Positions 1-10,408 of a stretch of DNA of 63,106 nt are shown piece after piece. The stretch's first letter is position 1. Each line of letters starts with the position of its first letter. Origin of the DNA: a bacterium. Its GTDB lineage: Bacteria; Hinthialibacterota; Hinthialibacteria; Hinthialibacterales; Hinthialibacteraceae. A program made the translations under genes and the position numbers. The notes beneath the pieces were generated by a model. The model saw nothing but the letters and a program-made list of their open reading frames with translations. It was not told the DNA's origin and ran no database searches. The stretch covers positions 1 through 63,106 of the forward strand of contig CAXXSM010000133.1 of the NCBI GenBank assembly GCA_963663405.2. Direction: 5' to 3'.

Positions 1-2572
1 CAGATTTGGAGCGAGGCGCTGCCCGTTTCCGCAACCTCGGTGTATTTCTCATGCTACGCATCGGTAGAAGGTGAACGGCCTCAGCAGGCCGCGATCGCGA
101 TTGTGGATGCTGTCGATCCCACAAATTTGGGTGTCAGCCTGTCCATCAATGATGAAGTCCCCATGATTCGGCGTGAATTTTCGTTTGAGTATGAATGCCA
201 ATCCTCGCAGGCGTTCTTTCTTCTTCAATTTGTTGGGCCGGTTTCAGGAGAGTGCGTAATCACGTTAGAGCGGCTGCGTTTTCTTCCTGCATATAGAGAT
301 ATGGATTTCACCTTGGGAAGCAGCGCTCTTGCGCTTATGGAAGATTTTGGGGATGGGATCGGCAGCGTAGTCCAAAATATACCACCTAGCACAGGAGGCG
401 GTTTTTTTCGTGTGTATCCAGACCAGAACCGGACTGTCTTTCCCGGCGTGACGAAACAGTCCTTGATGCTGGGCACATCGAGCAATTCGGATGTGATCCA
501 AGTCTACGTTCCTTTACAGCCGATCGCATTGATCCCCGATACCGTTGAGTATCCTCTTCGTATTTATGGGCGCGCGTATGTGAAACGGGTTTTTGGTACG
601 GAGGGCATTCTGTCCATCGCCTTGTTCAGTGGCTCTACAACGAGTGGAGCGTATACGGATTATCCAGTCTCCGCCTTATCGAAGGATGAGTGGTTCCGGG
701 TGGAAAGCCCAATTGTGTTTACGGAGAATGGCGCATCGGCGCCGTTGCTCATCCTCCAGATTCGAGGCGGAAACGCGGTGCTGGTTGTGGATGATGTATC
801 GATCCACGCGCGCCGGGATTCGCCCAATTTTTGGAACGCCAGCGTTGTGTCGCCCGTCGCGCCGACGCCGACGCCGACTTTGACGCCGACACCGGCGCCT
901 ACATTACCGCCATTACGTCCTATTGTGGAAATCCCTTCAGGGATCTATCTCCGTGGCAGTAAACTTATCTCGGAAGGAGGAGAAGTGGATCCGGGTGGAG
1001 ATTGGGAAAATGAACTTCCACAGCGGGGAATCTCGATTTCTGGATTTTATGCGGATATGTTTGAAATAACGAATCAAGCGTATTATGAATTTTGGATTCA
1101 TCCGAGTGGAGGGAACCGGATTCATTATACTCCTGGCGACGACGCGTTTGGCGATCCCTGGCCGACGCCAGCAGCGAAACATCCGGATTATCCTGTTGTG
1201 TCCGTATTGTGGGAAGACGCGATGGCGTTTTGTAAATGGCGGACAAAGATGGAAAAATTTTCTTCATCCTACGCTTATCGTTTGCCGACAGAGGCGGAAT
1301 GGGAATATTTAGCGCGGGGGCCTGTCGTGGACGGAGAAAAACCACGGAAATATCCGTGGGGGGATAAAGAACCTGCGGAATTTGTTATTCCGCCTGCCAA
1401 TTATGAAGGAGCGACGGATGGATATGGACTCACCGCTCCGTATAACGCATATGGTGGTGATTCCCCATTCGGTCTCTATAACTTAGGTGGGAACGCGTGG
1501 GAATGGTGTTTGGATTGGTACGATGCGGAGTATTACAAGCCGGAGAATTCACCTAATCAGGATCCATTGGGGCCGTCTTCTTCTCCGGAAAATTCTCATG
1601 TGGCGCGGGGGGGAAGTTGGTCGACTGACACGGATAACATGCGTACCGCGCACCGGCTCAGCGCGGTCGGACGCGGGCATGGATCGTTTGGATTCCGCTG
1701 TGTGCTTAGTTCCATTCATCCTACGCCGACTTCAACGCCTACGCCTTTGCCGCCTACTTCGCCTACTCCTGTTCCTTATCAGGCGGGGGATGAGATTCAA
1801 AGCCCACTCTCGATCGATATGATATATATTCCCGAAGGAACGTTCGAACGCGGATCAGACGATGATGATGATTTTCGGTATGGGAGAAGCGGATGAAGCG
1901 CCGGGAAGTTCGATTACGGTCAGCGAATTTATCATGGATAAATATGAAATTACCGTGGCGCTCTACCGTGATTTTCTGGAGGAGATGGGGTATGCGCAAC
2001 GTCCCTCTTCGTTGGACGATCCGATTTTGGGACTGGATTCGCGCCCGATTGTTGGTGTGACTTATATTGAAGCGCTGCTCTATTGCGCGTGGCGTACGGA
2101 AAAGGAAGGACTGTCATCGGAACAGGCGTATCGCCTGCCTACGGAAGCGGAGTGGGAGTACGCGGCGCGCGGAACGAAGCGCCAGAGTGGGGATCGGCCC
2201 TATACATGGCCGTGGGGAGCTACAAATCCGATTCTTCCATTGGGAGAAATATTCGCCAATTTCTTAGGGAGTAATATCGACGGCTACGATAAAACCGCGC
2301 CGGTTGCGGAGTTTGAAGCGGGGGTGTCTCCTTGGGGGATTATGAATCTTGCAGGGAACGCGGCGGAATGGTGTATGGATTGGTACGATCCGGAGTATTA
2401 CAGCGATTCTCCGGACGAAGATCCCACCGGTCCTGAATCGGGGACGATGCGGGTGATCCGGGGCGGTTCCTATCGGAGTGAAGCGCGTGATATCCGCTGC
2501 GCCGCCCGTGATTCACTCGATCCAGAGGAGCGTTCGGATATGGTTGGATTTCGATGTGCGCGGAAGCCGTGA
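1..2572 (+). CDS. Large probable secreted protein with Pro/Thr linkers and two tandem FGE-sulfatase (SUMF1/EgtB/PvdO-like) domains; 5'-truncated by the window; +1 frameshift near 1872-1876
   Basis: Frame is open from base 1. Each domain has RLPTEAEWEY.ARG, (Y/W)PWG, G..NL.GN..EW, RGGS and GFRC motifs. ORFs 40-1896 and 1862-2572 join (FERGSDDDDDF-GMGEADEAP) if one T is removed from GATTTTCGG. Confidence 0.8.
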
Positions 2573-2639
2573 GTTTCATATATTCGATGACGGCGGCGAT
2601 GGTGTATGTGAACTCTTTAATCGCTTAAAAGGACGTGTA

Positions 2640-2915
2640 ATGAGCAGGAATTTTTCCCTTGGAGACCATTACGAAGAATTTATCGACCAGCAGATTCAAA
2701 CTGGGCGATTTGACAATGCGACCGAATTCGTACGTGCGGCGCTACACCTGCTGGAAGATTACGAAACATCCCAGAAAACCAGACATCTGCGCGCTTTGAT
2801 TGATGAAGGGGACACGGATATTGAATACGGCCGCGTGATTGCATACAAAACTGCAGCCGATTTATCCACCGATATTATCAGAGAAGGGCAGGATCGATTA
2901 AAAAACGTTCGTTAG
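2640..2915 (+). CDS. ParD-like (CC2985-type) ribbon-helix-helix antitoxin, no adjacent toxin
   Basis: MSRNFSLGDHYEEFIDQQIQTGRFDNATEFVRAALHLLE matches the family pattern (SLG..E.FI...V.SGR....SEVVRAALRLLE). Confidence 0.8.
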   Translation: MSRNFSLGDHYEEFIDQQIQTGRFDNATEFVRAALHLLEDYETSQKTRHLRALIDEGDTDIEYGRVIAYKTAADLSTDIIREGQDRLKNVR

Positions 2916-3186
2916 TTCATACAATAGTGAAAACATTCACAAATAAAATCTAGTAATCTATTCCATCCCCGCATTTTTTCTAATCAAATATTACCACGTT
3001 CGCCATATCGGCTTTTTTTTTGGGGTACCGAACAAGATCGTTTAATATCCAAGGAAAATTTAATTATTACTATACGGCAGCTCGTCATGTTTGAATCTTG
3101 ACCACAAGGCTTATTTCCTATAATATCCACAATTCTTGCGTTTACTTTAATACCACCCATCTTGCAAAATAAATAGAGAGCACACG

Positions 3187-5364
3187 ATGAAAGAATCTAA
3201 AGTTACCAATAAACAAACCGATATTAAAGCATTGCTCAAACAACTCGAAGGTATCAAGCCGATCCGCATACGGCGTATATCCATCCTCTATTCTCTTGGA
3301 TTACTCTTAGTGACATTTACCATGATTCTATTGCCCCTTCTCTACCTGGGGCTTATCGTGTCAACTGGCTACGGACTTTATTATTATTACTCTCATGTCA
3401 TTTTCACGCTGCAGTTATCTAATCCCGTTTTTGTACGACTCTTGATCTATGTTTCACCAGGGATCGCTGGAATTGTATTGATCTATTCATTACTGAAACC
3501 CCTTTTTGTCCATACGCGCATGACAATTCATCCACTGACAATATCACCAGAGAAAGAACCGTTCCTTTATGCGTTCGCCGATCAAATTTCCAGAATTTTA
3601 AATGCGCCTTTCACACACGAAATCAAAGTAAATATGGAGATTAACGCGTCCGCCGGTTTTTGCCCCGGACTTTGGAGTTTTATATCGAAAAAAATGCAGT
3701 TGACGATAGGCCTTCCATTAGTGAGGAGTATGACAGTATCCCAATTTGCGGGGATACTCTCTCATGAGCTGGGCCACTTTTCACAAGGCAGTGGTATGCG
3801 GATGACGTATATCATTCGCTCGCTGAATATGTGGTTCGCTTTGAAAGCGGAGGAATCGCGAGAGATTAGAAATGACTTGAGGGAATGTATGGAAAATTCG
3901 AGTGGCTATGTAGGGAGTTGCATGTTGCTCGCCATACTCTTCGTTACGATATCGGGATGGATTCTCTCACTCTTCAAAATGCTGGGCATAATCATCAGTT
4001 TTTTTATGCTTCGTCAAATGGAATACAGCGCCGACCGGTATGAAATTGTATTCACTGGAAGCGAATCATTCAATCACATGATGGATTGTTTTGCAAAACA
4101 GGAATTGGCCGAAATTAAAACAAATCAGAACGTGGAACAATTGTGGGCGGAAGAAAAGTGTTTAATCGACGATTGGCCAGAAATGGTCTCACTATGCGCC
4201 TCTCAAATTTCTAAAGATGAATTCATCCAGTTTAAAACTGCCAAAAACACCTTCCAAAGTGGTCTTTTTCAAACCCATCCATCGACTGAAAAAAGGGTAA
4301 AAAGAGCGCGTAAAATGAATCAAACGGGTTTCTTTCACTCCACTCAACCCGCTTCGATTCTTTTCGGAGATTTAAAAGCAATCAGCAAAGAGGCGATACT
4401 CCCCTATTACGAAATGAAATTCATGCAGATCATTCATCCCGAACAGTTAAAACCAATCGATGAATTTAAAAAACGGTTATTGAAAAACACCGAAGGTGAA
4501 GAAGCGGTTACGCGATATTTCTTTGACCAGTATTCTCAATACCGGCCGATTCACATTTCCGAAGAGTATTCAAATCCAGTTCAAACCTCTCAAGAACTCG
4601 TTCAAACCATAGATCAATTCCGCCAATCGATGAACGAGCAAACGCAAATGTATTCCGAGGTTCTTAACCAACTCCAATTTCAAAGTATCAGGCGGATGCA
4701 ACTCAGTATTGCTCTTTCCTATATCAAAGCAAAAATCCGCTTTAAGTCCACTCAACTTAATCTAAAAAAACATACCTTTGAATACGTTTATCAAGAATGT
4801 CTGAACACAACCGATCTGTTGAATTCGCTTGAGGAACAATTAATTCCTTTCGAAACCGCCGCGTCAAACCGCCTGAACACATGTTTCTCGCTTTTATTCA
4901 CAAAAGACGCTGAGGAAAAGATTGAAAACGTGATGGAGTTACGTGAGGAGATAAATGAGATAATACACTCTACGGTTGTTCTCACTCAATTAATTCCAGC
5001 GATAGAAAAGCTTAATATAAAAAATCATGTATTGACCTCTCTCCTTGAGTATGCGGATCGTTTAGAAGACAATTCTTCACTCTCTACGAAACTTCATGAA
5101 ACGTCTCGCGAGCTTCATGAACTCATGTCCTCTGTTTTGCAAGGGCTCGCCAGCACATACAATCCACTATCACCAACTGATTCCAGAACCAGTTTGAGGG
5201 AATACGCTTGTAGTATAATTCCTGACGCTTATGATTTTTTTTCTTGTATGTATACATGCGGTCAGATCGAAGAACGTTTGCTCAATCTCCAACATAAATT
5301 ATTCTCAAGACTCGTTTTTATAGCCGAAACGATAGAATCCGCTTATCTTCCCAAGAAATTATGA
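3187..5364 (+). CDS. M48 (HtpX/Ste24-like) membrane zinc metalloprotease with long helical C-terminus
   Basis: N-terminal TM helices, INASA, IGLPL, HELGH zinc motif, RQMEYSAD, THP...R. Confidence 0.85.
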   Translation: MKESKVTNKQTDIKALLKQLEGIKPIRIRRISILYSLGLLLVTFTMILLPLLYLGLIVSTGYGLYYYYSHVIFTLQLSNPVFVRLLIYVSPGIAGIVLIYSLLKPLFVHTRMTIHPLTISPEKEPFLYAFADQISRILNAPFTHEIKVNMEINASAGFCPGLWSFISKKMQLTIGLPLVRSMTVSQFAGILSHELGHFSQGSGMRMTYIIRSLNMWFALKAEESREIRNDLRECMENSSGYVGSCMLLAILFVTISGWILSLFKMLGIIISFFMLRQMEYSADRYEIVFTGSESFNHMMDCFAKQELAEIKTNQNVEQLWAEEKCLIDDWPEMVSLCASQISKDEFIQFKTAKNTFQSGLFQTHPSTEKRVKRARKMNQTGFFHSTQPASILFGDLKAISKEAILPYYEMKFMQIIHPEQLKPIDEFKKRLLKNTEGEEAVTRYFFDQYSQYRPIHISEEYSNPVQTSQELVQTIDQFRQSMNEQTQMYSEVLNQLQFQSIRRMQLSIALSYIKAKIRFKSTQLNLKKHTFEYVYQECLNTTDLLNSLEEQLIPFETAASNRLNTCFSLLFTKDAEEKIENVMELREEINEIIHSTVVLTQLIPAIEKLNIKNHVLTSLLEYADRLEDNSSLSTKLHETSRELHELMSSVLQGLASTYNPLSPTDSRTSLREYACSIIPDAYDFFSCMYTCGQIEERLLNLQHKLFSRLVFIAETIESAYLPKKL

Positions 5365-5374
5365 TTCCGCTTCA

Positions 5375-6916
5375 TCACTGTCCCTTCAGTTCTTTCAACA
5401 TCGCTTCCACTTCTTCGCGGTTGTCGATTTCCGGTTTCATGGAGAGGATTTTGTTGAGGATGGAAAAGGCATTTTCGTGATTGCCCGCTTTCAAGTGATA
5501 TTGGATTACTTTCAAGTACGCTTTGCCGCTGGTGGGATGCGTCCGGATGTACGTGTCGAAAAAGGAGATGGCGCGATTGATATCCCCTTCTTTCGCGTAT
5601 AAATCGGCGATCATCTCCCGCGCTTCGAAGTTATCACCATCCCAATCAAGAAGGTCGCCCAGCGCTCGTTTGGCTTCTTCCGGTTGATTGAGATGAATAT
5701 ATGATTCTCCCAGCCAGCGAAGAATCGTTGTATCATTAAACGCGCTGTGACGGGCTCGTTCCAACACATCCACCGCTTTTGAATAGGCGCCGGTTTCATA
5801 AAACAAACGGCCCGCCTGCACGAGGATTTCCGCTGTATCAGGGATCCGGTCCCATCCTTTCAGCAGATGAGGAAGCGCCAGTTCCATCTGCCCTTCTTTT
5901 ACCAGTATAGAACCGATTCGGCGGCGTTGAGCGGGATTCAGCCGTTTATCAACATTAGGAGACGACAATAATTTTTCCGCCCGGTCCGGCGCCCCTTCTT
6001 TTAGAGCCAGGATCGCCCGATACACCAGCGTGTCCGGATGTCCAGCCCGTATAATCTCCGCGCGGCGAAGGAGCGAACGCGCGGTTGAAAACTCTTTCTG
6101 TTCGATCGCCGCGCGGGTGAGAACGATCAAGGAATCGGGATCGTAGAGAACATCCGCCGGCAAATCCCGCATCCAGTCTGAGACGCTTTCCTGGGAGAAA
6201 AAAATCTGATAGGCCCGCGCCAACGGTTCCCGCTCAATCTTCTCTTTTGAAATGGATGCGAATGGATCGAAAGGCGTTTCTGAACGGTGGGATGGATTCC
6301 ATGATTCCGCCCATGCGATGGCGGCGAAAACCGGCGCGTCCGGATATGCTAGAGCGTTTTGATATTCTTTACGCATAGCGTCCCAATCATGTAGACATTG
6401 ATAGGCCCGCGCCAGGAGGCATGGTTTCAACCAGCTGTCCCGCAAGAGGCGTCTGCAACGTTCAATCGCTTCCCGCGCCCGGCCATGAGCCAGCGCTTCT
6501 TCGACGCGGACAACGAGAACCGCCTGGTTCCACGGATCGGCCTGTTCCGCCTGATCGAGCAAATCGCGCTGCCGCGTAGGATTCCGGGTGATTCGCGCCT
6601 GTAAGGCGAGAGCGAACGCGTTCGAGGGATCACGCCGTGTATATTCGCGGTATTGGCGTTCCAACACCTCTTTTTCTCCCGCCGCGCGCATAAGCGTTTG
6701 GTATTGAAGATGCCGTTCAAGAGTGGCCGCGTCTCCTACAAAAGGATTGAAGGTTTGGGCTTCTTTGAACTGCCGCGCCTGCCGCTGATCCAAGTAATAA
6801 TGGTAATTCCAACGCAGCCAAACGCTGGGCAGATAGACAAACGCGATCACCAGCAGAATCACCGAAAGCCAACCCCACCCTCCCATTTTCCACCGTTTAT
6901 TCTTAAGTACATTCAT
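5375..6916 (-). CDS. Membrane-anchored tetratricopeptide repeat protein
   Basis: One N-terminal TM segment, then many TPR-like helical repeats. Start at 6916 has a GGAGAG RBS. Confidence 0.75.
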   Translation of the reverse strand: MNVLKNKRWKMGGWGWLSVILLVIAFVYLPSVWLRWNYHYYLDQRQARQFKEAQTFNPFVGDAATLERHLQYQTLMRAAGEKEVLERQYREYTRRDPSNAFALALQARITRNPTRQRDLLDQAEQADPWNQAVLVVRVEEALAHGRAREAIERCRRLLRDSWLKPCLLARAYQCLHDWDAMRKEYQNALAYPDAPVFAAIAWAESWNPSHRSETPFDPFASISKEKIEREPLARAYQIFFSQESVSDWMRDLPADVLYDPDSLIVLTRAAIEQKEFSTARSLLRRAEIIRAGHPDTLVYRAILALKEGAPDRAEKLLSSPNVDKRLNPAQRRRIGSILVKEGQMELALPHLLKGWDRIPDTAEILVQAGRLFYETGAYSKAVDVLERARHSAFNDTTILRWLGESYIHLNQPEEAKRALGDLLDWDGDNFEAREMIADLYAKEGDINRAISFFDTYIRTHPTSGKAYLKVIQYHLKAGNHENAFSILNKILSMKPEIDNREEVEAMLKELKGQ

Positions 6917-7226
6917 TTTGATCTCTCCAGAGGATTGAAACGTTTCATCAATCGCATCTACTTTACCCATAATAACAGGGTTACGTAATCCCCCGTTAAC
7001 CGGTAACGATTCAATTGAGTGATTAACTGTTTAGGATAAACCGAATCCCCAAACGTTCGTTCACCTTGCTCAATGAATACCCTATCGAGTATATTATTAT
7101 GATAATGAGTTTGAATAGATTTACTCGTTCGCAAACGCATTCATAACTCATTTTCATTTGTTTGTTATGATCCAAATCGTGACGGTTTATAGGATACCAT
7201 ACAATCCCTTTTGAGATAGAAAGATA

Positions 7227-8480
7227 ATGGTTGAAAAAACTCTTGACAAAAAATTAGCCGAGATCCACGCGGATCCCCAGAACAGCAAAGCGTTCATCAT
7301 CTGCGACGCCAAAGACGCCGATATCGCGCGCGGTCTTTATTCCTGCGGCGCCTATTCGCCCGAATACCACCACGGCGAATTGAACTTTCGCAGCATTCAT
7401 GAATATCGCGATATGATGCGCCAAGTTGTTCATCAAGGTATTGTCGATATCGTCCTGATGTCCCCCAGCACGAATGAAGTGCTGACCATACAAGAACGGC
7501 TGTTCGACAATTCGCACGTCACACCGGCCGGACGCACCAACGACACAACTGACATCCACGTCTTCCGGGGCGCGTCGTATGCGACCATGGCTTCCCGGCC
7601 CTTCCGGTCGTCGAACCTTGATTATATTCAATGCGGCAAATATGAATGTAAACCGGAAGAACGAACGCTTGGAGCCGACTTAGGCCTCTATTCCGTTACG
7701 TTCAACAATGACTTAGAGCGCGATCTCGCCACGCTCGAAGCGTTCAAACAATTCCGCATGGAAGCGGAGCTGAAGAACTTCCGGTATTTTCTCGAAGTAT
7801 TCGATCCCAACGTTCCCGGCGCGGTTCCACAGGAAAAGATCGCCGCCTTCGTCAACGACGCCATCCAGCGCAACTTGGCGGGTGTCACTGAGCGCGGACG
7901 TCCTGTCTTTTTGAAAATGGTCTATCACGGCCCAAAAGCGATGGAAGAACTGGCGCACTTCGATCCACACCTGATTGTCGGTGTGTTGGGAGGTTCGGCG
8001 GGCACAACCTACGACGCGTTCAAATTAATTGGTGACTCACAAAAATATGGGGGCCGCGTAGCCCTCTTTGGAAGAAAGATCAATCAATCTGAAAACCAGC
8101 TGGCGTTCATCAAGTTCTTGCGCATGATCGTCGATGGTGACATCTCTCCCGAAGAAGCGGTGAAAGCCTATCATGGCGTCTTGCAGGGATCGGGCATCAA
8201 ACCGTTCCGCAGTCTTGAAGATGATATGCAGATCACGGATCCATTTATGGGTTACGGCGAGGGAAGCTCAACCGTCACCGTCCCGGCCGGCGTTCCCGCA
8301 TCAAACCCGGCCCCTCAACCAGCGGCGGCTCCCGCCCCACAACAACCAAGAAGAAACAACGCCCTAAGAGACACCGCCCGTCCCCGTCTCTACGACGAAG
8401 AAGAACCCGACTTCTCCAAAATGACACTGCAGGAAAAAATGGACTACAACCAACGCCGCAGAGACCGCATTTTTGGATAA
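7227..8480 (+). CDS. Uncharacterised TIM-barrel protein, probable class I (DhnA/LacD-like) aldolase
   Basis: DIVLMS, YFLEVF, FLKMVYHG (cf. Schiff-base VKT.Y.G), VGVLGG and ALFGRKINQ (cf. GRNIFQ). Pro/Ala-rich linker near the C-terminus. Confidence 0.55.
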   Translation: MVEKTLDKKLAEIHADPQNSKAFIICDAKDADIARGLYSCGAYSPEYHHGELNFRSIHEYRDMMRQVVHQGIVDIVLMSPSTNEVLTIQERLFDNSHVTPAGRTNDTTDIHVFRGASYATMASRPFRSSNLDYIQCGKYECKPEERTLGADLGLYSVTFNNDLERDLATLEAFKQFRMEAELKNFRYFLEVFDPNVPGAVPQEKIAAFVNDAIQRNLAGVTERGRPVFLKMVYHGPKAMEELAHFDPHLIVGVLGGSAGTTYDAFKLIGDSQKYGGRVALFGRKINQSENQLAFIKFLRMIVDGDISPEEAVKAYHGVLQGSGIKPFRSLEDDMQITDPFMGYGEGSSTVTVPAGVPASNPAPQPAAAPAPQQPRRNNALRDTARPRLYDEEEPDFSKMTLQEKMDYNQRRRDRIFG

Positions 8481-8502
8481 ATCATATCATTCATAGAAAC
8501 TC

Positions 8503-8532
8503 AAAAAGAGCGGTTTTTTTACCGCTCTTTTT
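8503..8532. terminator. Bidirectional rho-independent terminator
   Basis: Perfect inverted repeat AAAAAGAGCGGT-tttttt-ACCGCTCTTTTT between convergent genes. Confidence 0.85.
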
Positions 8533-8557
8533 TGCATTGCACATAACTCGATTCTAT

Positions 8558-8887
8558 TTATTGACTTAATTTAAAACTCGCAATCCGGTTCAAACTCACT
8601 CCGGATTCCGCGGCTTGAACGGCTAGTCTTCGATGAATTTCTGGAGGGACGCGAACGAGGAATTTACCACTAAATGACCGGCAGGCGATTGGTTCCGGAA
8701 CTGTTTCGCCGGATGATTCCATCTCCAACACGACTTCCGATACCAATTTCCGTATCCCTTTCAATGCCGTTTCCGGTGTTTGAGCCAACCAGCTTAAACT
8801 CGGAAATTCCGCGCATAATCCAACGTATTCATCGTCCTCTTCCGACCAAGTTACACGATACGTATATCGATCATTCTTCAGCGTCAT
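8558..8887 (-). CDS. hicB: HicB-family antitoxin
   Basis: YTYRVTWSEEDDEYVGLCAEFPSLSWLA...FSGKFLVRVPPEIHRRLA (RNase H-like domain plus RHH). Confidence 0.9.
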   Translation of the reverse strand: MTLKNDRYTYRVTWSEEDDEYVGLCAEFPSLSWLAQTPETALKGIRKLVSEVVLEMESSGETVPEPIACRSFSGKFLVRVPPEIHRRLAVQAAESGVSLNRIASFKLSQ

Positions 8888-9131
8888 GTTCTTCTTCCAA
8901 TCTCTCAATGGCCAAAAGCACCTGTTTTACTTGATATGACTTGGCTTTTCCTTTTTTATTTTGGATATTAATTCTTGGATCACCATGCCAAGGAGTTCTA
9001 AAAACTCGATGACTGCCTGTGCTTGTTCGTGGTTTCCCAAAGTGATTCTCACATACTTTACACAAATCAGTGAAACTTACATCCTTGGGATTACGTCTCA
9101 TTTGCGCTAAAAGTTCATCAATTTTCGTCAT
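8871..9131 (-). CDS. hicA: HicA-like toxin
   Basis: NPKDVSFTDL...GSHRVF...INIQ...KAKSYQVKQ; overlaps the hicB start. Confidence 0.85.
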   Translation of the reverse strand: MTKIDELLAQMRRNPKDVSFTDLCKVCENHFGKPRTSTGSHRVFRTPWHGDPRINIQNKKGKAKSYQVKQVLLAIERLEEEHDAEE

Positions 9132-9136
9132 TTTAT

Positions 9137-9164
9137 ATAGTATCAATATTGGTATTATTGTCAA
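9137..9164 (-). promoter_or_regulatory. Sigma70-type promoter of hicAB with overlapping imperfect palindrome (probable operator)
   Basis: Minus strand TTGACA-N16-TACTAT-5nt-ATG. Palindrome TAGTATCAAT/ATTGGTATTA at 9138-9157. Confidence 0.65.
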
Positions 9165-9203
9165 GATAATTGATGGCTTTGAGACAATGACGCTGGGCGT
9201 TCA

Positions 9204-9243
9204 GGTGGGTCACGGCGCCTCATAAAGGCGCGGCCCACCCTAC
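9204..9243 (-). repeat. GTAG-type REP-like palindrome, family A
   Basis: GGTGGGTCACGGCGCCTCATAAAGGCGCGGCCCACCCTAC; near-identical cores at 50184-50212 and 62150-62174. Confidence 0.75.
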
Positions 9244-10402
9244 TTTTCCCGCGAGGATTCCGGAATCTTCCACATTGCAGGTGAACGGCCTGTCAGAGCG
9301 AGCGCAATCCCCCAGAATGCCGCCGCGTGCATGATCAACACATGGGCGAGTAGTGAAAACGGGCGTAGAATCCGCGATGTTTTCCCTTTTTTCATTGTCA
9401 GCGTTCCAATTAGCGCGCACCCCAATGCGATTGATCCCGCATAGAACACCAAGCAGGGAAACCATTGCTCTCTAAGAATCCATGAACAGACATACAGAAC
9501 CAGCGCCATAGGCAGCGCGAACCAGCGCAGGACCTTGTGGGAAACAAACTGCCACAAGCGCATGGGGGCTTTTAGAAACTGACCGAACAGCATGACGAAA
9601 CCCCGCGAACCGCGCGCGACGATGCGCGACGTGCGCCGCAGTTCTTCCCACACATCGGTATGGGGCCGTTCCGAGCCGAGACAGTTGGGTTCATAGAGAA
9701 CGTCGTATCCCTTCGCGCCCACGCGGGTGGGGATCTCCACATCATTGGCGATTTGGGGATCGAGCGGCTGCATCAATTCCCGCCGCATTAAAAGGAGCGA
9801 TCCACCTCCCACTAAGACCGATCCGAGTTGATTCTCCAGCCGCTTGATATAATTTTCATAGCGCCAGTACAATCCTGTGCCCTGTCCGACCGGATTCCAT
9901 CCTTCTTTATGAGCGAAAATCAGTTCTCCCACAACGGAACCAACCTTCGGATCGTGAAAGTGACGCGCGGCGGCGCGGAGACATTGTGGATGAAAGAGCG
10001 TATTCGCGTCGGTGAAAAAAAACACTTCGCCTTTCGCTTTTGGATAGAGCCGGTTGAGCGCTTCGTTCTTGCCGCGGCGTGTTTCCAACACCAGCGTTTC
10101 AACATCATCCTGCTCTAATAAATATTCGCTCGTGCCATCCGTCGAGGCGTCGGACGCGATAAGAACTTGCAGTTTCTCGCGTGGATAATCGAGTTCGCGG
10201 ATACTCTTCAACTTGGCGGGAAGAGACGCGCGTTCGTTGCGCGCCGAAAACAATATCGAGACCTCCGGCGTATAATCATCCTTCGGCGAATGACGGTGGG
10301 ACCAGAGCCTCGTCAGGCCGTACAAGACGGTAACATACCCAAAGTAGATATAAAGAAGGACGCCAAGGCATCCCAAAAAAGCGCAAGGACCAATCCATTC
10401 AT
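9240..10402 (-). CDS. Glycosyltransferase family 2 with membrane C-terminus; probable 1-nt deletion near 10372-10380
   Basis: SILFSARNE, DASTDGT, GKNEALN, FTDAN (DxD-like), C-terminal TMs. ATG at 10402 is one base out of frame across a T6/G3 run. Confidence 0.85.
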
Positions 10403-10408
10403 ACCATT

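Noticed and set aside
855-915. CCGACG tandem repeats
   Set aside because: They simply encode a Pro/Thr linker.
2450-2572. FGE-sulfatase C-terminus as a diversity-generating retroelement target
   Set aside because: No adenine-variant template repeat and no reverse transcriptase seen in the window.
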